55,215 bases of DNA from Pontiellaceae bacterium (lineage in GTDB: Bacteria; Verrucomicrobiota; Kiritimatiellia; Kiritimatiellales; Tichowtungiaceae), in assembly GCA_044352355.1 (NCBI GenBank), contig JBILEA010000001.1, positions 1 through 55,215 of the forward strand. The letters are read 5' to 3'. Position 1 is the first letter of the stretch. The number at the start of each line of letters is the position of its first letter. Shown piece after piece: positions 19,443 to 28,087 of this stretch. A program made the position numbers and the translations under genes. The notes below the pieces were generated by a model. The model saw only the letters and a program-made list of their open reading frames with translations. It ran no database searches and was not told where the DNA came from.

Positions 19443-20678
19443 ATGAACCTCAAAGTTGCTGTTCTTTTGCTCGCGCTTTTCGCCTTCGCTGCCGCGCCGC
19501 GGGCGGCAGAGTCGTACACCAATGCCTATGAGGCGATTGCCCTTTTCACTAAGGTGCTCGAAGAGGTCCACCGCAGTTATGTGGATACCAACGAGGCCGG
19601 GTACGATTCGCTGATCCGCCACGCCATGACCGGCATGCTTCAGGATCTGGATCCCTACAGCCAGTTCATGGATAAGGAATCCTACGAGGACATCAAAGAC
19701 GATACCGCCGGACATTTCAGCGGCGTCGGACTGGTGGTCAGCATGAAGGACGGGCTATTGACTGTCGTTTCGCCGATGGAAGATACCCCGGCGTTCCGCG
19801 CCGGAATGCTCTCTGGTGATATCATTATCGAGATCGACGGCAAGGAAACACGGGAGATGTCACTTTCCGACGCCGTTAAAAAAATGCGCGGGGATGCAGG
19901 CGCAGAGGTGAAACTGAAAATCGTGCGGCCTTCGACCCATGCGATAAAAGACCATGCGTTGATCCGCGAGGAAATCACGGTAGCCAGTGTGAAAGATGCC
20001 AAACTGATTGAAGATCATATCGGGTATATTCGCCTTACTCAGTTTAATGAGCCAACCGCTGAAGATTTGAAGAATGAACTGAAGAAGCTGACGGATCAAA
20101 AGATGAAGGCGCTGGTTCTCGATCTGCGCGGTAATCCCGGAGGACTGCTGACCACCGCCGCCGGTGTGGCAGAACTTTTTCTACCACGCGGCGATCTGAT
20201 TGTTTTCACCAAAGGCCGTTCAAAGGAAATGGATCAACAGTCTTTTAAATCGTCCGGGTTTACCCACTACACCGACTTTCCAATGGTTGTATTGGTCAAC
20301 GGCGGCAGTGCCAGTGCGGCAGAAATTGTTTCCGGTGCCTTGCAGGATCATAAACGCGCGGTACTGGTCGGTGAAAAAACCTTTGGTAAAGGTTCTGTGC
20401 AAAGCATTCTGCCTCTGGAAGACGGCGCAGCGATCAAACTGACGACTGCCAAATATTACACCCCTAGCGAGCGCGTAATCCATGGGAATGGTATTGAGCC
20501 GGATGTCAAAGTGGTTATGAACCCTGAAGACCTTTTTAAAATCCGCATGAAGCAGGCACGAAAAGCGGATGCAACGGATGTCGCCCATTCCATCGAACCG
20601 GAACTCCGCGACATTCAGCTCGACTACGCGATCGGCACACTCAAGGGGATGATGATTCAACAGGAATGGATGAAGTGA
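19443..20678 (+). CDS. ctpA: carboxyl-terminal processing protease (S41, PDZ)
   Basis: LDPYS, PDZ domain, LDLRGNPGGLL, SASAAEIVSGALQD, GEKTFGKGSVQ, GIEPD. Confidence 0.93.
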   Translation: MNLKVAVLLLALFAFAAAPRAAESYTNAYEAIALFTKVLEEVHRSYVDTNEAGYDSLIRHAMTGMLQDLDPYSQFMDKESYEDIKDDTAGHFSGVGLVVSMKDGLLTVVSPMEDTPAFRAGMLSGDIIIEIDGKETREMSLSDAVKKMRGDAGAEVKLKIVRPSTHAIKDHALIREEITVASVKDAKLIEDHIGYIRLTQFNEPTAEDLKNELKKLTDQKMKALVLDLRGNPGGLLTTAAGVAELFLPRGDLIVFTKGRSKEMDQQSFKSSGFTHYTDFPMVVLVNGGSASAAEIVSGALQDHKRAVLVGEKTFGKGSVQSILPLEDGAAIKLTTAKYYTPSERVIHGNGIEPDVKVVMNPEDLFKIRMKQARKADATDVAHSIEPELRDIQLDYAIGTLKGMMIQQEWMK

Positions 20679-21733
20679 TTATTCTCGGCATAGAAACCTC
20701 TTGCGACGAAACCGCTGCGGCCGTATTGATCGACGGCGCGGTGCGTTCAAACATCATCTACTCGCAGATCGCCAAGCACGCCCCCTACGGCGGCGTCGTG
20801 CCGGAAATTGCTTCGCGCGATCACGTTAAAAAACTGCCCGGCATTATCACGGAAGCTCTGCAGGGCGCCGGATGTACCTTTGAGCAGCTTGATGCTATCG
20901 CGGTGACCTACGGCCCCGGGCTCTCCAGCTCCCTGCTGATTGGTTATTCCGCCGCGCGGGCGCTCAGCCAGCGCCTTGGAATCCCGCTCACCGGCGTACA
21001 TCATCACGAAGGCCACATCTATTCGGTTTTCCTAAGAGAAACCTCTCCTGTACTCGACGGCGCATTCCCGATGATGGTACTGCTCGTTTCCGGCGGCGAT
21101 ACCAAGTTGGTTTACATGAAAGCTCCCGGCTGTTATGAGGTCGTCGGCCAAACCATCGACGACGCGGCAGGCGAAGCGCTCGACAAAGGCTCGATGCTAC
21201 TCGGTCTCGGCTATCCCGGCGGCCCCATTATTCAGAAAACGGCCGAAGGCGGCAATCCGCAGTCCGTGCGCTTTCCGCGCGGACTCGACAACGTCGGCGG
21301 CGAGTGGAAATACGCTTTTGACCGCAAACTCTGCTTCAGCTTCAGCGGACTCAAAACAGCCCTGCTCTATCATGTGCAAAATCATCCGGACACACTGAAG
21401 AACGAAACCGCAAAACGGGATCTGATCGCCAGCTATCAGGAAGCCGTCGCCGATGCCCTCGCCGTCCGGGTCGAACGGGCGCTGGAACAATATCACTGTG
21501 CATCGTTTGCTTGTGCAGGCGGCGTATCGCTCAACAAGGTTCTACGCGAAAAACTTGGAAAAATTTCAGAGAAATGCGGCGTACCGTTACGGCTTTCCTC
21601 CCCCCGATTATGCACCGACAACGCCGCCATGATTGCCGGTGCGGCGTACATTAAGCATACGGCGGGACACCCTTTTATCCTGCCCGAAGATATAAATCCT
21701 AATTTACAGCTAGAGAATTGGGATAACGCTTGA
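20666..21733 (+). CDS. tsaD: tRNA N6-adenosine threonylcarbamoyltransferase
   Basis: LGIETSCDET, GGVVPEIASRDH, HHEGH, LVSGG, DDAAGEALDK, FSFSGLKT, CTDNAAMIA. Confidence 0.97.
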   Translation: MDEVIILGIETSCDETAAAVLIDGAVRSNIIYSQIAKHAPYGGVVPEIASRDHVKKLPGIITEALQGAGCTFEQLDAIAVTYGPGLSSSLLIGYSAARALSQRLGIPLTGVHHHEGHIYSVFLRETSPVLDGAFPMMVLLVSGGDTKLVYMKAPGCYEVVGQTIDDAAGEALDKGSMLLGLGYPGGPIIQKTAEGGNPQSVRFPRGLDNVGGEWKYAFDRKLCFSFSGLKTALLYHVQNHPDTLKNETAKRDLIASYQEAVADALAVRVERALEQYHCASFACAGGVSLNKVLREKLGKISEKCGVPLRLSSPRLCTDNAAMIAGAAYIKHTAGHPFILPEDINPNLQLENWDNA

Positions 21734-21758
21734 CGCTCCGAAGTCGGCAGACTACCTT
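21730..21758 (+). promoter_or_regulatory. sigma70-like promoter for tRNA-Gly
   Basis: TTGACG-17 nt-TACCTT. Confidence 0.55.
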
Positions 21759-21773
21759 AATCGCCCTTTCATT

Positions 21774-21847
<74 letters not shown>

Positions 21848-21867
21848 GTCTTTTAGTTAATGTTTAC

Positions 21868-21900
21868 AGGGGTTTGCTAACAGCGAGCCCCTTTTTCTTT
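21868..21900 (+). terminator. rho-independent terminator after tRNA-Gly
   Basis: aggggtttgct-aac-agcgagcccct followed by ttttcttt. Confidence 0.7.
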
Positions 21901-21916
21901 GTCCCTCTGCCGCCAG

Positions 21917-21936
21917 ACTTCGGGGGAAACTTCGGG
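21917..21936. promoter_or_regulatory. putative integrase arm-type binding repeats
   Basis: ACTTCGGG twice with 12-bp period, between the tRNA and the integrase. Confidence 0.4.
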
Positions 21937-22005
21937 TTTGGCCGGTTGATTCGCCCTGTTTGATTAAGGGCGTTTCATATGAACACAAACAACAGGAGGC
22001 AGAAA

Positions 22006-23346
22006 ATGGGACTGGAAATTACACGGAAGAAAGACGGGACATTGCGGTCAAACTGGTGGTACGGACGGTTTGAGATAAACGGGCAGACGAAGTGCGTGAG
22101 CCTTGATGTCGAGATCAAGGGGCGCATCCCCGCCACGCTTCGCGAAATCGGAGACCCGCTGTTTGAAAGGTCGCGTGCTCAAGCTCAGGTAAAGCTGGAC
22201 GAATTGATCCGCGAGGCCAGAAGCCACAAGGCCGCGGAAAGGCACCTGCAGGACCTGTACGAGCTGAAAGCAGGCAGTGCACTGCACAACGCACCGCTGA
22301 CAGAGATGGAGAGCATCTGGGATAACATTCCGACGAAGAAGACCCGGTCGAAGCAGTGGGTTGAAACCCAGCACAGCGCATTGAAGGCGTTCCGGGAGTT
22401 TATCACAAAGCAACACTCGCATGTTGCCACCATGCCGCAGGTGACGCGGGCCATGGCGCTGGCCTGGCTGCGGACGCTAGATGAAAAGGGCCTTCGAGCG
22501 GAGACCTACAACCATAAGCTGAACCTGTTTCAAAGCATCTTTAATCCGGCGGAGAATACCGGGGTGCTGCGCAACCCGTTTGCCGGCATTCCGCGAAAAC
22601 GGAAAATGACAGTACATCGCGAGCCGTTTACGGAGGAAGAACTGGAACGCATAATAGCGCACTGCGGAGAGCTGATCCGGCCGGTCTTTATCACCGGCAT
22701 GTGTACAGCCATGCGGCGTGGCGACTGCTGCCTGCTGAAATGGGACTCCGTTGATCTCGAGAACGGATTTATCACGGTGGAAACCTCCAAGACAGGCGAA
22801 ATGGCTGAGATTCCGCTGTTCTCCCGGCTCCGGAAGGAGATCGAGAATATGCCCCGGTTTGGGGAATATGTTTTTCCCGAGGCCGCCAAAATGTATCTGG
22901 AAAATCATCGCGGGATCAGCTGGCGGATGAAAACGGCTCTGGAGAATGCCGAGATCACAAGGAACAAGGTCGGCAGAAATGGCCGACTGGCAAACATTAA
23001 GGGGTTCCATTCCCTGCGAACAACGTGGATCACCATGGCGCTGACCGCCGGGGTTCCGATGGAGCTGGTGCGGCGCGTTACCGGCCACTCCACGGTCAAT
23101 GTCGTGCTCAAGCACTATTTCCACCCGAAGCGGGAGGATTTTCGCGAGGCATTGGAGTCCTCGCTTCCTCACACCCTGACCGGCGGGACAGAGGAGCGCT
23201 TCGACCTGCCCAAAGAGGTGCTACAGCTCGGCAAGGTGGTTCGTTCGCTGACGCACGAAGGGCTGGTCGAAAAAGTCGAAGCCCTTACTGCGGCGGTTGC
23301 CCGCATGACGAAAGCCCAAAAAGCCGCCGCCGTCATCGCCGCCTGA
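22006..23346 (+). CDS. tyrosine recombinase/integrase
   Basis: AGGAGG RBS; catalytic R (AMRRGD), K (TSKTG), HxxR (FHSLR), H (TGHS), Y (KHYF). Confidence 0.93.
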   Translation: MGLEITRKKDGTLRSNWWYGRFEINGQTKCVSLDVEIKGRIPATLREIGDPLFERSRAQAQVKLDELIREARSHKAAERHLQDLYELKAGSALHNAPLTEMESIWDNIPTKKTRSKQWVETQHSALKAFREFITKQHSHVATMPQVTRAMALAWLRTLDEKGLRAETYNHKLNLFQSIFNPAENTGVLRNPFAGIPRKRKMTVHREPFTEEELERIIAHCGELIRPVFITGMCTAMRRGDCCLLKWDSVDLENGFITVETSKTGEMAEIPLFSRLRKEIENMPRFGEYVFPEAAKMYLENHRGISWRMKTALENAEITRNKVGRNGRLANIKGFHSLRTTWITMALTAGVPMELVRRVTGHSTVNVVLKHYFHPKREDFREALESSLPHTLTGGTEERFDLPKEVLQLGKVVRSLTHEGLVEKVEALTAAVARMTKAQKAAAVIAA

Positions 23347-23625
23347 GTAGGGAGGTGAAACAAGGTGAGCAGAGCCCCGTTTGATTTATCAAACTTTTTG
23401 AAAAAATAGTTGAGAAAATTTTTATGCCCCAGAAAACCAGCTCTGCGACGGGAATATCGTTCCATAATGTTTAACCCGTGCCGCAAAATGAACAAACCCA
23501 ACGTATATTTGGCATTCTTAAAAGCAACGATCAAAAGGGAGTGGCAACCCTCGGCGGAATCCGGTAGAAATTCTCCACCCGAGACAACTGTCGCGAGAGG
23601 CGGGTCTGTCGAAGACAGAACGACA

Positions 23626-23730
23626 ATGAAACGGCAAAAATACGAAATGGATGAATGGGCATTTATTGAAATCGCCAACGACATCCGTGACATTAAAAAC
23701 CAGTTGAAAACAAAAATTGCGGGATTATGA
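23626..23730 (+). pseudogene. probable C-terminal remnant of a type III restriction (Res) subunit
   Basis: RQKYEMDEWAFIEIANDIRDIKNQLKTKIAGL* resembles type III Res C-termini (from recall); its stop overlaps the next ATG (ATGA). Confidence 0.45.
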
Positions 23731-25262
23731 ATCAGAAAGAAAAAATACGCATCTTCGTCAGCTCGGTTCAAAAGGAACTTGAACTTGAGCGGGTAGCCGT
23801 CGCCAGCTGGGTATCTGCCGATCCGCAACTGGCCGATGTGTGCGAAGTCGTACTCTTTGAAAAAGAACCGCTTTCCGGCAAACGAATCCGTAAGCCCTAT
23901 CTGGAATGTCTCGAAACCTGCCAGATTTATCTGCTGATTCTGGATTGCGAATACGGAAATCCGCCGGAATTTTCCGCTACGCATGAGGAATACCGGTTCG
24001 CTTGCGAAAAGGGACTCCCCATCTTGATCTTCCTGAAAGGAAAGACCGATTACAGGAGGGAAGCAAAAACCAAAGCATTCCTGAAGGAAATCAAGGACGA
24101 CGATAACACGTATAAACGCTTCCATGACCGGCTGGATTTGGAGCCTGAATTCAGGAAAGCCCTTAACCGGGCTCTGGAAAATTTATTCGATGTTCAGATT
24201 GAATCTGAGCCAGCGGATACAGTTCCATCGGTTGAATCCGCCTCGGTATTTGAGCAGCAGGCTCTGGATATCTCCGCAGACCAACTCGATGAAACGTCAT
24301 CGGAAAAATGGCTTCGCGCAATCAAGGCGGTTCCGGAAGGACAATCCCTTTCGGATATAGAACGGCTGAATGCATTACGGCAAAAAGGACTGGTTCGGCT
24401 TGAAGGTAGCTTATTCCGGACACAGGCGTCCGGTCTGCTTTTTCTGGGCAAAGACCCGGCGGCCCGATTCCCGCAATGCCGGATTTTTGCCGATGCATTC
24501 CGGGGAACGCTTTCGGACAGCACCCCGGCGGATCAGATCACACTTTCCGGGCCAGCTCCGGTTTTGGTCGAACAGGTCTGGGAATTTGTTCAGAAAAACA
24601 CGCGTCATCCGATGCGGGTTGTCGGCATGACCCGGATCGCACTGGATGAATATCCCCGTGAGGCTGTCCGTGAATGTATTGTGAATGCCATTGCCCACCG
24701 GAACTATGAAGACTCCGCACGCCAGATTCTGGTCAAACTGTTTTCCGACCAGCTGGAAATTCTGAGCCCGGGCTCGCCGATGAAGCCGCTGACCGTGGCC
24801 AAGATACGGAAAGGAAACTGCCCTCCGTGCTCCCGCAATCCGGTGCTCGGCCAGTATCTGAATCACCTTCGCCCGATGGATCAGCGCGGCAGCGGAATCG
24901 GGCGCATGAAAACCGCCATGCTCAATCACGGACTGAATGGGCCGGAGTATGCTTTGACCGAAGGCTATTTCTGCGTCACGTTGAAGGGGCCGGGTGATGA
25001 TCTGGATTGTTTGAGAATTCCGGCGGGAGCTTCGGCGGGACTGCCGCCAGCGGTTGAGGAACAGTTAAACGCGAGACAGAAGCGGATACTTGCATACGTA
25101 TCTGAGACCGGGCTTGTCACCAGCGGGTGGTGCCGCAAAGAGTTTGATGTCACGTATAACACAGCCTATCGGGATCTTTCAGCACTGGTGGAGTTGAGGC
25201 TTCTGAATCAAAAGGGCAAAGGGCGGTCAACCCGGTATGTTTTGTTTGGAGTGGGATCGTGA
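23727..25262 (+). CDS. DUF4062 - HATPase_c_4 (RecG C-terminal-like) - winged-HTH protein
   Basis: RIFVSSVQKELELER...YG...SATHEEY (DUF4062); YPREAVRECIVNAIAHRNY, EILSPG, SRNPVL, QRGSGI (HATPase_c_4); LNARQKRIL...TAYRDLSALV...GKGRSTRY (wHTH). Confidence 0.88.
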   Translation: MNQKEKIRIFVSSVQKELELERVAVASWVSADPQLADVCEVVLFEKEPLSGKRIRKPYLECLETCQIYLLILDCEYGNPPEFSATHEEYRFACEKGLPILIFLKGKTDYRREAKTKAFLKEIKDDDNTYKRFHDRLDLEPEFRKALNRALENLFDVQIESEPADTVPSVESASVFEQQALDISADQLDETSSEKWLRAIKAVPEGQSLSDIERLNALRQKGLVRLEGSLFRTQASGLLFLGKDPAARFPQCRIFADAFRGTLSDSTPADQITLSGPAPVLVEQVWEFVQKNTRHPMRVVGMTRIALDEYPREAVRECIVNAIAHRNYEDSARQILVKLFSDQLEILSPGSPMKPLTVAKIRKGNCPPCSRNPVLGQYLNHLRPMDQRGSGIGRMKTAMLNHGLNGPEYALTEGYFCVTLKGPGDDLDCLRIPAGASAGLPPAVEEQLNARQKRILAYVSETGLVTSGWCRKEFDVTYNTAYRDLSALVELRLLNQKGKGRSTRYVLFGVGS

Positions 25263-25618
25263 ATTTATCGATAATCTATCGATCATTTTCCCGAATCTAT
25301 CGATGGGGCAATCTATCGATAATCTATCGACGTTTCGATGAAATCTATCGAAAGTACAGAAACCTGCGCTCTGTGAAATCGACCGATAATCTTCCGATTT
25401 TTTTCTCTAATCTTCCGATTTGAACTCTTTTGTATGCGGGCGAAATCGACCGATTATCGACTGATCATTCGGAATAATCGTCCGATTGGGCCGCCGGAAA
25501 TCGTTTCATAATCGTTTCACGCTGGGGCGCTAATCGTTTCATTGCTATATCCGTCAATCGGAGGGCTGCGTGAATAATCTATCACTTTTCTATCACCAAA
25601 ATGGTGGAATCTATCACA
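25262..25618 (+). repeat. array of six box-box-spacer-box modules of 11-bp direct repeats
   Basis: Modules start at 25262, 25310, 25377, 25444, 25499, 25576; boxes at offsets 0, 11 and 32 (33 in module 5); box types AATCTATCGAT, AATC(G/T)(A/T)CCGAT, AATCGTTTCAT, AATCTATCAC. Confidence 0.92.
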
Positions 25619-25712
25619 GCGAAAAGAAGATCATTGGAAAACAGTTGCGGGAAATTTCTCATCCAAAACGTCATAGTTTTCTGGGCATCCCAGCCGTCCT
25701 GTTACCTTCGTT

Positions 25713-27203
25713 TCAGAATTCTGCACAAATAAACCTCAACTTCTGAATAATCCGAATCATGGCCAGCGTGTCGAGATGGCAGTATTTCAGGAGTGCGGCG
25801 CGAACGCGTTTCCGCTCTTCCTCAGGAACGTCGCCAAACGTAACGCGGGCGTATTCGCTACTAGCGGTTCCCCCGTCACCAATTTCCATCTCACCATACG
25901 AGAGTTCCGGCACGAGCGCAGGCAGAACTTGTTTGATGGAAGCGGTGCCCCCTTGGTTGGGATGGTAATAGTGAAACGCTTGGAACGGTGCCAACAAATC
26001 AACAAAGCGCGGGATAAGGTCTTCGACAAAAGGCCTAAATTCGGGGAAGGCTTCTGCTGTTTCGCGCAGTCGTGAAATCTCAAAGCTCATGTTGTAAGCC
26101 ACAATATTGCCATCCGGACCGATGTGCTTCTCCAATGTGGCAAGGAGGTCGGGGCGCGGATCGGTCTTCCCGTCGGACAGAAATTCAACATGCTCCGGCT
26201 CAGAGTCGTAGGATTTCCAGATATGAAGTGAGAATTGAAACGGTATCTGCTGATATGGCCGGGTGTTGTCGTATGGGGGAATGGCTGATTGGAAGGTCTC
26301 AAAGTCTAGGTGGTATTGGGGGAACGTCAGCCCGTTTAAAAAGCCTCGAATTGCATCCCTGTCAATATGCGGCTCTTGCGACAATACGCAGTCGCGCTGA
26401 ATTGCTGCCTTGTGGCTCAAATAAAACTCAGGCGGCAGGTCGCGAATCCCGAAAATCCCTTTATCAATCAGCTCCTGCTTTTTATCAGACCCCAGTCGAT
26501 AAAGCGTTGTTACGTTGTCTTCGGGCAAAAAGGCCCAGCATTCTGCACACAAAGGACATTCGTAGGGATCTGAGCAGTGCGACCCGACTGCTACCTCAGG
26601 ACATTGAGGCTCGCTGATCACGGCTAGCATCCTGTCCATATTCCCACGCACTTGAGGCAGAATCTCCGCCACTGCTTCCGTAACGTCGGCCTTAGTGAAC
26701 AGTTGCCCGGCATCAATCTCTCCGTGGCGAACATATTGGTTATTAATGTGAGTTACAAAGCAGCGGCTAATCTTCAGTCCGGCAGACTCGTAGCAGTTTT
26801 TTTGAAACGCGATATCTTCCAAATAGACCGGCTTAACCCCCGTTGCGCTTTTGACCTCAACAATGTCCCAGGCATCGTCGCCGACAGGTACAAGGATGTC
26901 TGCCTGCGCATAGGCTCCGTCGTGTGAGAACGTCGCCTCGAAGATGGGCTTCCTTAATGGTAGCGCCTTGGCGGTCTCTTCTGCCATTTCCTGAAATGCA
27001 CCAGAGCGGTAGACGATTTCAATGCCGCCGGGATAAAGCGACTTCGCCAGGTCGCCGATCACATGCCCCTGATCAAATCGGGCCTGTACCGATGCATCCA
27101 CCTCTGGCAACCGTTCTTTGTCGTTGTAATGCACCCACAGCAACTTTGGGCATTGCAACCCGAGGCAGTATTTCGATTTAGAGATATTTCTTAATCTGCT
27201 CAT
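25713..27203 (-). CDS. DUF2779 protein: Cas4/RecB-like PD-(D/E)xK nuclease fused to RNase H-like 3'-5' exonuclease
   Basis: ISKSKY...QCPK, ADIL...IVEVKS, CSDPYECPLCAEC; C-terminal LDFET, PYQQIPFQFSLH, YNMSFE, DLL, SIKQVLP, YCHLDT. Confidence 0.88.
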   Translation of the reverse strand: MSRLRNISKSKYCLGLQCPKLLWVHYNDKERLPEVDASVQARFDQGHVIGDLAKSLYPGGIEIVYRSGAFQEMAEETAKALPLRKPIFEATFSHDGAYAQADILVPVGDDAWDIVEVKSATGVKPVYLEDIAFQKNCYESAGLKISRCFVTHINNQYVRHGEIDAGQLFTKADVTEAVAEILPQVRGNMDRMLAVISEPQCPEVAVGSHCSDPYECPLCAECWAFLPEDNVTTLYRLGSDKKQELIDKGIFGIRDLPPEFYLSHKAAIQRDCVLSQEPHIDRDAIRGFLNGLTFPQYHLDFETFQSAIPPYDNTRPYQQIPFQFSLHIWKSYDSEPEHVEFLSDGKTDPRPDLLATLEKHIGPDGNIVAYNMSFEISRLRETAEAFPEFRPFVEDLIPRFVDLLAPFQAFHYYHPNQGGTASIKQVLPALVPELSYGEMEIGDGGTASSEYARVTFGDVPEEERKRVRAALLKYCHLDTLAMIRIIQKLRFICAEF

Positions 27204-27340
27204 ATAACTGAGTTCCCTTGCTCTTTTCACATTTCGTTTGTTTTTCGGCGAGCCCTAAATCTTTATCCCCTTCCAGCGGACGGTAATGCCGTTACAAAGA
27301 TGCTTCTTATATTCATACTCAGGGTTTATCAGACCCAACC

Positions 27341-27419
27341 GGACGCCAGCTGTCCTACCACCAAGTTTTACCGTTTTTTTTCGTCATCAAATTATGGTCA
27401 TCAGACGCTCAGTGTCTGA
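27341..27419. promoter_or_regulatory. two GAC-N7-GTC palindromes in a divergent intergenic region
   Basis: GGAC-GCCAGCT-GTCC (27341-27355) and TCAGAC-GCTCAGT-GTCTGA (27401-27419). Confidence 0.45.
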
Positions 27420-27542
27420 CCGGCCCCGGTACGATGCCTTCGATAATTAACAAAAGGAGTTGGTATGGCTGGCGAAAAAAACAAAACAGGGTGTTTGAAT
27501 CTAGGCAACGATAAACCGGAACACCGACTACCACCCTTTATC

Positions 27543-28025
27543 ATGACAAAAGGCTACGTAAAAACAGGTGCAGAATTTTCAAAGGATCGGACGCATCGCT
27601 ACGCCCTTTACCGGGTTTGGGATGAATCCAAACCGTTGATCATGTTCATCGGGCTGAATCCTTCAACGGCAGATGAAAATATGGATGACCCGACGATCAA
27701 GCGGTGTGTTGCCTTTGCCAAACACTGGGGTTATGGCGGGCTTATCATGGCCAATATTTTTGCTTACCGTGCGACCGATCCGCGAAAGATGAAAATGGCA
27801 ACCGATCCCGTTGGCCCCGAGAATGACAAATGGATACGGAAGCTCGCCAAGAGCGTGGACAAGGTTGTCGGCGTTTGGGGAAATCATGGAGCCCATCAAA
27901 ACCGGGGCGAGGATGTTATAAAAATGTTTCCCGAGCTGTTTTGTATCGAGCAGAACAAATCCGGAACTCCGGCGCATCCCTTATACAAAAAGATGACAAA
28001 CGGCCCTGTGCCATTCGACCGCTGA
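27543..28025 (+). CDS. DUF1643 domain protein
   Basis: AEFSKDRTHRYALYRVWD, FIGLNPSTADE, DDPTIKRC, WGYGGL, ANIFAYRATDP, VWGNHG, PAHPLY. Confidence 0.92.
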   Translation: MTKGYVKTGAEFSKDRTHRYALYRVWDESKPLIMFIGLNPSTADENMDDPTIKRCVAFAKHWGYGGLIMANIFAYRATDPRKMKMATDPVGPENDKWIRKLAKSVDKVVGVWGNHGAHQNRGEDVIKMFPELFCIEQNKSGTPAHPLYKKMTNGPVPFDR

Positions 28026-28054
28026 TTTAGTGATTAGTCGTCGAGCGCACGCTG

Positions 28055-28073
28055 AGCCGATTCGCGGCTTTTT
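28055..28073 (+). terminator. short terminator after the DUF1643 gene
   Basis: agccg-attcg-cggct followed by a T tract. Confidence 0.45.
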
Positions 28074-28087
28074 GCCTTATTGGGCCT

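Noticed and set aside
23520-23625. Possible riboswitch or structured RNA upstream of the Res-like stub
   Set aside because: Some short hairpins are present, but I could not match a known riboswitch consensus; an Infernal/Rfam search is needed.
23169-24125. 318-aa minus-strand ORF
   Set aside because: Overlaps the integrase and DUF4062 genes in antisense; no motifs.
25262-25618. CRISPR array
   Set aside because: Units are 11-bp boxes that change between modules, linkers are 5-33 nt and irregular, and no cas1/cas2 is present in the window.
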